From assembly GCA_035293905.1 (NCBI GenBank), contig DATGLY010000115.1, positions 1,291 through 65,290 on the forward strand: 64,000 bases of DNA. Direction: 5' to 3'. Shown here in pieces: positions 57,540 through 64,000 of this stretch. The notes below the pieces were generated by a model that had not been told where the DNA came from, made no database searches, and saw nothing but the letters and a program-made list of their open reading frames with translations. Every line of letters starts with the position of its first letter. The stretch's first letter is position 1. Position numbers and translations under genes: made by a program. The DNA is from Bryobacteraceae bacterium. GTDB lineage: Bacteria > Acidobacteriota > Terriglobia > Bryobacterales > Bryobacteraceae.

Positions 57540-58829
57540 TTACTCCGCTTCTGACTCCGACTCGCGCCGCGGGGCTTCCTTGCGCGACTGCTCGAATAGC
57601 AAGTTCAAGGTTTTCTCCGTGCGGATATTGGAAGCGATCCGTCCGATGGCGCCATCTTTTTGCAGCTTGGCGCGGGTGACGGCGACGGCCTCGCGCTGCT
57701 GGCGCGCGATGCGCTGCACTTCGCGGTCGACTTCCTCTTGGGTCGCTCCGATCGCCTCGCGCTCGGCGATTTTATCCAGAAGCAGCGATGCTTTCACGTC
57801 GCGCACGGCCCGGTCCTTTTCCGCTTCGCGCACTTTCTGCCAATCCAGCTTTAAACCCGTGGGATCCAGCCCTTGAGCCACCAGAGCGCGAATTCTGTTC
57901 TCGACGTTTATCTCGATCTGCCGGTCGACATAGGTTTTCGGCACCGGGAAGTCGTGGGAGTTCACGAGCTTCTCGATCAGATCGTGCTTGGCCTTTTCCT
58001 GCGCCGCGCGTTCGCGCTCGCGCAGGACCGTCTTGCGGATGGCTTCCTTCAGCTCCTCAAGCGTCTGATAGTCGCCCAGATCTTTGGCGAACTCGTCGTT
58101 GAGTTCGGGAAGCTCCTTGCGGCGCACCGCTTTTACGGTGGCGCGGAACCTTACGGTCCGGCCGGCGAGATTCTTGCGGTCGTAATCTTCCGGATAGGTG
58201 ACGTCGAACTCGCGGCTCTCATCGGGAGCGGCGCCGAGCAGATTTTGGGTAAAGGCCGCCATGGTGGTTTCGCCGCCGATCTTAAGCACGAGCTCGTCTT
58301 CGGAAATCTTCTCTTCTACGCCGGAGAGGCTTTGGAGCGAAACCACGGCGTAGTCGCCCTCGGAAATCGGCCGCGGTTCTTCATCGACATACTCGGCCTT
58401 TTGCTCGCGGATCCGCTCCAGACGGTCCGCTACGTCCGCATCGCTGACTTCGGGCTCGGAATAGGCGACGGTGAGGCCGCGGTATTCGCCCAGATCGAAA
58501 GACGGAGCGACTTCAAACTCGGCTTTGAACCGGAGCGGCTCGCCCGCGTGAAAATGAACGTCTTTCACGTCGGGACGGCCAACGACGCGAAGGTTGTCCT
58601 TCTCCACGGCCGCGTTGAAAAACCTGGGGACAAGCTTTTCCAGGACCTCCTGGCGGATATCGCCGGCAAAGCGCGCCTTAACCAGGCTGGCGGGAGCCTT
58701 TCCCGGACGGAAGCCCGGCAGGCGCACCTTTTTCTGGATTTCCGCGACGGCGCGCTCGGTTTCCTTTTCGACTTCCGCGACCGGGACAGTGATTTCGAGC
58801 GAGTGCGTGCACCCCTCCACGAGCGCCAC
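57540..58829 (-). CDS. tig: Trigger factor
   Basis: 429 aa with a GTG start. N-terminal ribosome-binding motif GFRPGKAP, a central FKBP-like region and a C-terminal helical domain. Confidence 0.9.
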   Translation of the reverse strand: MALVEGCTHSLEITVPVAEVEKETERAVAEIQKKVRLPGFRPGKAPASLVKARFAGDIRQEVLEKLVPRFFNAAVEKDNLRVVGRPDVKDVHFHAGEPLRFKAEFEVAPSFDLGEYRGLTVAYSEPEVSDADVADRLERIREQKAEYVDEEPRPISEGDYAVVSLQSLSGVEEKISEDELVLKIGGETTMAAFTQNLLGAAPDESREFDVTYPEDYDRKNLAGRTVRFRATVKAVRRKELPELNDEFAKDLGDYQTLEELKEAIRKTVLRERERAAQEKAKHDLIEKLVNSHDFPVPKTYVDRQIEINVENRIRALVAQGLDPTGLKLDWQKVREAEKDRAVRDVKASLLLDKIAEREAIGATQEEVDREVQRIARQQREAVAVTRAKLQKDGAIGRIASNIRTEKTLNLLFEQSRKEAPRRESESEAE

Positions 58830-58847
58830 TTAAGAACCTCGTTGTAG

Positions 58848-60017
58848 TCAGCCCTGCGCGGCGGCGTTGGCGTGCGCGGCGTCCTTGAGGGCCGGCGCTT
58901 TGTCGGTGGCCTCCCAGGTGAAGGTGTCCTCGGTGCGGCCGAAATGGCCGAACGAAGCCGTCTTGCGGAATATGGGCCGCCGCAGCTTCAGAGTTTCGAT
59001 CATGCCCTTGGGCGTCAGTTGGAAATGCGTGCGGACCAGCTCCACCAGCGCTTCGGCGGGAAGCACCCCGGTGCCGAAGGTGTCTACCATGACGGAGACC
59101 GGCTCGGCGACGCCAATGGCGTAGGCAAGCTGAACCTCGCACCGCTGCGCCAAACCCGCCGCGACGATGTTCTTGGCCACGTATCGGGCCATGTAGCAGG
59201 CGGAGCGGTCCACCTTCGTGGGATCTTTACCGGAAAAGGCGCCGCCGCCGTGGCGTCCCATGCCGCCGTAGGTGTCGACGATGATCTTGCGGCCGGTCAA
59301 GCCGGTGTCGCCGTGCGGCCCGCCGATCACAAACCTTCCGGTGGGATTGATGTGATACTTCGTGCCCGAGTCCACCATCTTTGAGGGAACCACGGGATCG
59401 ATGATGTGCTTCTTAACGTCGGCGCGAAGCTGCTCGGTGGTGACGTCGTCGTCGTGCTGGGTGGAAATCACGACCGCATCGATGCGCTTGGGCTTGCCGT
59501 TCACGTATTCGACGCTGACCTGGCTCTTGCCATCCGGACGAAGATAGCCGAGCTTGCCGAAGCGCCGGATCTCGCTTAACTGCCGCACCAGCTTGTGCGC
59601 GAGCATGATGGGCAGCGGCATAAGCTCTTCGCTCTCATCGCAGGCGTAGCCGAACATTAACCCCTGATCGCCGGCTCCGCCGGTGTCGACGCCCATGGCG
59701 ATGTCGGGCGATTGGGTCTGCACCACGTTGAGCACGCCGCAGGTCTTGGCGTCGAAGCCCATGCGGGCGTCGGTAAAGCCGATATCGGCGATCACCTGAC
59801 GGGCAATCTTGGGAATATCGAGGACGGTCTTCGTCGTAATCTCTCCCGCTACAACGCAGATGCCGGTGGTCACCAGCGTTTCGCAGGCCACCCGTCCGGT
59901 CGGGTCGTCCGTCAACACCGCATCGAGTACAGCGTCCGAGATCTGGTCCGCCATCTTGTCCGGGTGACCCTCGGTCACAGATTCGGACGTGAAAATATGC
60001 CGCATTCTTTCTGACAC
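58848..60017 (-). CDS. metK: S-adenosylmethionine synthetase
   Basis: Motifs: [48 protein letters not shown] 60017 has GGAGG 7 nt upstream; ATG 60005 is an alternative start. Confidence 0.95.
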   Translation of the reverse strand: MSERMRHIFTSESVTEGHPDKMADQISDAVLDAVLTDDPTGRVACETLVTTGICVVAGEITTKTVLDIPKIARQVIADIGFTDARMGFDAKTCGVLNVVQTQSPDIAMGVDTGGAGDQGLMFGYACDESEELMPLPIMLAHKLVRQLSEIRRFGKLGYLRPDGKSQVSVEYVNGKPKRIDAVVISTQHDDDVTTEQLRADVKKHIIDPVVPSKMVDSGTKYHINPTGRFVIGGPHGDTGLTGRKIIVDTYGGMGRHGGGAFSGKDPTKVDRSACYMARYVAKNIVAAGLAQRCEVQLAYAIGVAEPVSVMVDTFGTGVLPAEALVELVRTHFQLTPKGMIETLKLRRPIFRKTASFGHFGRTEDTFTWEATDKAPALKDAAHANAAAQG

Positions 60018-60160
60018 GTGCCCGCCTCCAGGGGAGTTAATAAGGTTTACAGGAAGAAACCCAAATCTGATACTCTATCACGTTACGGTTTCCCGCACAA
60101 TACGCTTTGGGAAATATCCTCCATAGCCGCGGCGCGGGAGGGGGAGGAAACAGATTTTAC

Positions 60161-60189
60161 TTCCCAACACGACGTTTCGCTGCTATAAT
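60161..60189 (+). promoter_or_regulatory. Sigma70-type promoter candidate with extended -10
   Basis: TTCCCA (60161-60166), a 17-nt spacer, then TGcTATAAT (TG at 60181-60182, TATAAT at 60184-60189). It points toward the Fe-S/Mo-enzyme operon. Confidence 0.4.
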
Positions 60190-60308
60190 AGATTCGTTCG
60201 CTCGCGAAACGAACGGGTTTCCGGCGCTTTTGCACTGGGACCTTGTTCGCATCCCACCTTCTGGCTCTTTGATTGAGCCGCTTTCGCCAACCAGGTTGTG
60301 ACTCTCCT

Positions 60309-60342
60309 GCCGCGCCACGTGCGCCGCGGCGATCGTTTTTTT
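60309..60342 (+). terminator. Terminator-like GC hairpin plus T7 tract at the end of a ~150-nt leader (candidate attenuator)
   Basis: GCCGCG (60309-60314) pairs with CGCGGC (60325-60330), followed by GATCG and seven T (60336-60342). This sits immediately before AAGGAG (60346-60351) and the operon start. The 5-nt gap between stem and T tract is suboptimal. Confidence 0.35.
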
Positions 60343-61957
60343 GCCGAAGGAGCCAAAGAACTTGGCAGGACACACAGCGGGCGTGTATCTCGAATCAGAC
60401 GCGTCGATCGCGGCGGAGCTTCCCCTTTTGGGAAGCGAATTGGTCTGCGTGGTCAGCCCCGCGCGCAGGCGGGCTCCCGCCCCTATCGAAGCCGAACCGC
60501 GGCCGCTAATACCCCAGCGTCCTCTTAAACAAGGAGAGCAATACCGCTTTCACTTCGACATGACCCGCTGCATCGGCTGCAAGTGCTGCGTCGTGGCCTG
60601 CAACGAGCAAAACGGCAACCCCGCCGAGATCAACTGGCGGCGCGTGGGCGAACTGGAAGGCGGACATTATCCCAGCGTACAGCGCTATCACCTGTCGATG
60701 GGCTGCAACCACTGCCTGGAGCCTTCCTGCCTGATCGGATGTCCGGTGGAGGCATACCGCAAAGATCCGCGCACGGGCGTGGTGATTCATAATGCGGAGG
60801 CCTGCATCGGATGCCAATACTGCACCTGGAACTGCTCCTACGGCGTTCCGCAATATAACCCGGAGCGGGGCGTGGTGGGCAAATGCGATCTGTGCCACAA
60901 CCGGATCGCCGACGATATGGCTCCGGCCTGCGTCGCCGCCTGCCCGGAAGGGGCGATCGCGGTGGAGATCGTGGAGGTGGCGGCGTGGAGACGGGACTAC
61001 CTGAGCGCCAATGCGCCCGGTTTGCCGCCGGCGGACGATAGCATCTCGACGACGCGCGTGACGCTACCGGATAATTTGTCGCCGGATACGGGCCGGGTGG
61101 ACACGCAGCGCTTGGCGCTTGAGCAGCCGCATTGGCCGCTGGTATTTATGCTGGTGCTGACCCAACTGCCGGTGGGGGCGTTCGCGGCGCTATGGGCGCT
61201 GGATTTGCTTGCGGCAAGCGCGCGCAATTGGCTGGCGGCGCTGGCCTCGCTGGGATTGGCGGGCGTCAGTCTGGCTGCGGCGCCGCTGCATTTGGGGCGG
61301 CCCATTTACGCCTGGCGCGCGCTTAAAGGGCTGCGGCGCTCCTGGCTGAGCCGCGAAGTGCTGGCCTTCTCTATTTTCGCCGCGGTGGCGGGCGTTTACG
61401 CGGCAAGCCTCTTGCTGGATCTGCCGGCGAAGTTTGGCGCGGGATTGGCGACGGTGTTTTGCGGGCTGGCGGGCATCTTCTGCTCCGCGCGCATTTATAT
61501 GGTTCCGGCGCGGCCGGCTTGGGCGAGCCGTTACACGCTTGTCGACTTTTTCTCTACGGCGGCGTTTTTGGGGCCGCTGTTTGTCCTGGCTTTGGAATTT
61601 TCCGCGCTCGGCGCCCGCGCGGAGGTTTGGATGGCGCGGGCCGCCATGATGGGCGGCGCGCTTCAGCTTTTGGTCCAAGTTCTGAAGTTCTTCCGGCTGT
61701 CGCGGTCGGAACAGCACGAAATGCGCGGATCGGCTCTGTTGTTGTCGGGCCGGCTGCAAAGCGCCTTCTTGTTCCGTTTGGCGTTGCTGATTGCGGCCGG
61801 GATCGCGCTGCCGGCGTATGCGCACTCGGCGCTGTCGGCGGGGGCGGCTTTCACGCTGGCGCTGGCCGCCGAGCTCTTGGGCCGCTGGCTGTTTTTCGTT
61901 TCCGTGGTGCCCAAAAACATCGCGGCGACATTCATCCCCTCCGGGAGGGCCGCATGA
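60341..61957 (+). CDS. Fusion protein: DmsB/NrfC-type 4x[4Fe-4S] ferredoxin domain plus DmsC-like polytopic membrane anchor
   Basis: Four complete Cys clusters: CIGCKCCVVAC, CNHCLEPSCLIGCP, CIGCQYCTWNC, CDLC...CVAACP. They are followed in the same ORF by about 300 aa with about 8 hydrophobic segments. There is no ATG before the Fe-S domain. The ORF-track TTG 60341 lies inside the T tract, so TTG 60362, 10 nt after AAGGAG, is more plausible. Confidence 0.8.
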   Translation: MPKEPKNLAGHTAGVYLESDASIAAELPLLGSELVCVVSPARRRAPAPIEAEPRPLIPQRPLKQGEQYRFHFDMTRCIGCKCCVVACNEQNGNPAEINWRRVGELEGGHYPSVQRYHLSMGCNHCLEPSCLIGCPVEAYRKDPRTGVVIHNAEACIGCQYCTWNCSYGVPQYNPERGVVGKCDLCHNRIADDMAPACVAACPEGAIAVEIVEVAAWRRDYLSANAPGLPPADDSISTTRVTLPDNLSPDTGRVDTQRLALEQPHWPLVFMLVLTQLPVGAFAALWALDLLAASARNWLAALASLGLAGVSLAAAPLHLGRPIYAWRALKGLRRSWLSREVLAFSIFAAVAGVYAASLLLDLPAKFGAGLATVFCGLAGIFCSARIYMVPARPAWASRYTLVDFFSTAAFLGPLFVLALEFSALGARAEVWMARAAMMGGALQLLVQVLKFFRLSRSEQHEMRGSALLLSGRLQSAFLFRLALLIAAGIALPAYAHSALSAGAAFTLALAAELLGRWLFFVSVVPKNIAATFIPSGRAA

Positions 61958-64000
61958 GCTCGGCGCTGGCGAGGCTGAAACGGCTGACGGGATTGGACAC
62001 GCGGCAACGCGAATACGCCTACGCGCGGGGAGAGAGCACGGGTTACACTTCGGCCAAAAAGATTCCGGACCGATGGGTGGCCACGACTTGCGGATATTGC
62101 TCGGTCGGCTGCGGCATCGAGATTGGAGTGAAGCAGGGGCGGGCCATCGCTTCGCGGCCGCTGGCGTCGCATCCGGTGAATCGCGGAAAGCTGTGCCCGA
62201 AAGGGCTGTCCGAGCATTACATCCTGGACGCGGAAAACCGGGCCAAATATCCGCTGCTTCGAAAAAACGGCGAACTGGCGCGCGTGACCTGGGACGAAGC
62301 CCTAAACGTCATGGTGGAGCGCTTGCGCGCCATACAGGCCAAGCATGGCGCCCCGTCGCTCGGCGTGCTGAGCACCGGCCAGTTAGTGACCGAAGAATTC
62401 TATGCGCTGGGCAAGCTGGTTCAGCTCGGCTTTGGCACCAACAACTACGACGGCAATACGACGCTATGCATGGCGAGCGCGGTTTCGGGATACAAAGGGT
62501 CCTTCGGCAGCGATGGCCCGCCCGGCTGTTACGAGGATTTGGAGAAGGCCGACGTCATTCTGCTGATCGGCGCCAACATCGCGGATAATCACCCGATTCT
62601 CTGCCAGTATCTGGACGCAAATCCGCGGAAGACCTTGATCGTCGCCGATCCGCGCGTCTCAAAAACGGCGATGATGGCGGACTTGCATCTGCCCTTGAGG
62701 CCGCGTTCGGATTTGGCGCTGGCCAACGGCCTTGCGCACATTCTCATACGCCACGGGCTGATCGATCGCGACTACATCGCGAATCACACCGCCGGGTTCG
62801 ACGAACTGGTCCGCTTGCTGGAAGCGTATCCTCCCGAACGGGTCTCGCGCATGACGGGGCTGAGCGAGGAACTGCTCTACAAGACCGCCTTCCTGTATGG
62901 CCGCGCTCGCGCGGGGTTCATTGGATGGACCATGGGCGTGAATCATAGCACGCTGGGAACGGCGACGGTGAGCGCGCTGTGCAATCTGGCGTTGCTGACG
63001 GGTAACATTGGGCGCGCGGGCGCGGCGCCGTTCTCCATCACCGGGCAGTGCAACGCGATGGGCACGCGCGAGGCTGGATTCACCTCCGGCATGCCCGGCT
63101 ACCGCAAGTTCGACGACGCGGCGGACCGGCGGGAGCTCGCCGCGCTTTGGGGCATCGAAGAAACGCGGCTGCCGGCCAGGCGCGGGTTGGCGTACCCGGA
63201 CATTATAGAAGCGGCGCTGGCCAAAAAAATTCGCGGGCTCTGGATCATCGCCACCAATCCCCTGGTTTCCTTTCCGAACCAGGACGTGCTTCGGCAGGCG
63301 CTCTCGAACCTCGAATTTCTGGTGGTGCAGGACGGCTATCATCCCACGCCGACCACGGAACTGGCCCATCTGGTTTTGCCCGCCGCCATCTGGGGAGAGA
63401 AAGAAGGGACCTACACGAATTCGGAGCGCCGCGTCAGCAAGGTGAATCGGGCCGTGGCTCCGCCCGGCGAGGCGCGAGCGGATTTCGACATCTTTCTGGA
63501 GATCGCGGAAAGACTCGGCTGCCGCCAAGAGCTTTATCCCGGCTGGCGCGGCCCGGAAGACGCCTTCAACGAATGGCGGCGCGTATCGCGAGGGCGGCTG
63601 TGCGATTACTCCGGCATCACCTACCAGAAACTCGCCGAGAAAGGCGCGGTTCAGTGGCCATTTCCGGAAGGACAGCCGAGTCCGGCGCGGCTGTACGAGG
63701 ATGGCAAATTCCCCACCGCCGATGGACGCGCCAAGCTTGTGGCGGCGCACTGGGAGCCCTTTCCCGAGCAGCCCAACCGCGAATTTCCCCTGATTCTAAA
63801 CACGGGCCGGACGGTGGAGCACTGGCACACGCGCACCAAAACGCGCGAGGCCCCTATTTTGGAGCACCTCTCGCCACGCGCCTGGCTGGAGATGAATCCG
63901 CGCGACGCTAAACAACTGGGGCTGCGCAGCCATCAACGGGTGGACGTAGTTTCTCAGCGCGGAAGGGTTTCCGGCGTCGAGCTGCGGCTTACGGAAATCA
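61954..64000 (+). CDS. Molybdopterin (bis-MGD) oxidoreductase catalytic subunit, NasA/NarB-like, 3' end outside window
   Basis: This ORF is not in the ORF track because it is open to the window end; I translated frame 1 by hand. N-terminal Fe-S motif WVATTCGYCSVGCGIE...GKLCPKG. Further blocks: IVADPRVSKTAMMADLHLPLRPRSDLALANG, ITGQCNAMGTREAG, WHTRTKT, and a C-terminal MGD-binding domain segment (EMNPRDAKQLGL). ATGA overlap with the upstream stop. Confidence 0.9.
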   Translation, partial: MSSALARLKRLTGLDTRQREYAYARGESTGYTSAKKIPDRWVATTCGYCSVGCGIEIGVKQGRAIASRPLASHPVNRGKLCPKGLSEHYILDAENRAKYPLLRKNGELARVTWDEALNVMVERLRAIQAKHGAPSLGVLSTGQLVTEEFYALGKLVQLGFGTNNYDGNTTLCMASAVSGYKGSFGSDGPPGCYEDLEKADVILLIGANIADNHPILCQYLDANPRKTLIVADPRVSKTAMMADLHLPLRPRSDLALANGLAHILIRHGLIDRDYIANHTAGFDELVRLLEAYPPERVSRMTGLSEELLYKTAFLYGRARAGFIGWTMGVNHSTLGTATVSALCNLALLTGNIGRAGAAPFSITGQCNAMGTREAGFTSGMPGYRKFDDAADRRELAALWGIEETRLPARRGLAYPDIIEAALAKKIRGLWIIATNPLVSFPNQDVLRQALSNLEFLVVQDGYHPTPTTELAHLVLPAAIWGEKEGTYTNSERRVSKVNRAVAPPGEARADFDIFLEIAERLGCRQELYPGWRGPEDAFNEWRRVSRGRLCDYSGITYQKLAEKGAVQWPFPEGQPSPARLYEDGKFPTADGRAKLVAAHWEPFPEQPNREFPLILNTGRTVEHWHTRTKTREAPILEHLSPRAWLEMNPRDAKQLGLRSHQRVDVVSQRGRVSGVELRLTEI

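Noticed and set aside
60018-60300. Possible SAM riboswitch in the metK leader. The minus-strand RNA contains AUCAAAGAG, GGUGGGA and GGUCCC, reminiscent of the SAM-I core.
   Set aside because: The AUCAAAGAG segment forms its own local hairpin (GGCUC/GAGCC) instead of a P1 strand. I found no closing P1 3' strand or P3/P4 equivalents. A plausible metK promoter (60100-60072) lies downstream of these motifs. A cmscan is still worthwhile, but the call is not supportable by eye.
60440-60480. An RRR stretch (SPARRRAPAP) near the N-terminus of the Fe-S fusion protein, considered as a possible Tat signal.
   Set aside because: There is no S/T-R-R-x-F-L-K context and no hydrophobic h-region or cleavage site after it.

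Overview
This is a high-GC bacterial chromosomal window. Sampled 60-nt lines give about 65% GC at 42 kb but only 45-50% at 5.9-7.3 kb. It is most consistent with an Acidobacteriota-type genome. That is an inference from a ~1,220-aa CarboxypepD_reg/TonB-dependent-type outer-membrane protein, the hopanoid genes and several GT-C enzymes. I saw no rRNA, tRNA, CRISPR array, prophage or intact mobile element; there is one short IS630-like transposase relic. Layout, left to right: (i) 0.3-23 kb is a surface-polysaccharide locus. It holds an AlgD-like nucleotide-sugar 6-dehydrogenase, a cytoplasmic heparinase II/III-like protein, two secreted proteins (one parallel beta-helix), Wzy/ligase-like and Wzx-like proteins, GT2, two GT4, an FkbM methyltransferase, a CE4-like protein, and GT39-like, GT87 and YfhO membrane enzymes. 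An SPFH-SPOR gene pair interrupts it. (ii) 23-37.7 kb holds an esterase, an RND pump (permease before adaptor), accA, a giant TonB-dependent-type receptor divergent from a membrane-tethered winged-helix-like protein, an ABC-2 exporter and a small OM barrel. (iii) 38-50.5 kb holds a DsbA-like/M28-PDZ peptidase/unknown operon, an ArnT-like GT-C, yjdF-like-mtnA-tauE-like, cysS coupled to a Cys/Met PLP enzyme, the IS relic, and amidohydrolase-GT9. (iv) 50.5-56 kb is a hopanoid operon: hpnA-hpnG-MDR-MDR-hpnC-hpnD. (v) 56-60 kb is metK-tig-mdh plus a small cytochrome c. (vi) 60.3-64 kb is an operon encoding a 4x[4Fe-4S]/DmsC-like fusion protein and a signal-less molybdopterin oxidoreductase that runs off the window end, preceded by a promoter-leader-terminator arrangement. 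The best leads are three. First, the two Zn-dependent dehydrogenases inside the hopanoid operon are candidates for the unassigned ribosylhopane reductase. Second, the Mo-enzyme module and its leader are atypical. Third, a mannuronate-type module sits inside a Wzx/Wzy-type locus. All family calls come from reading the translations and recalling motifs; no searches were run.
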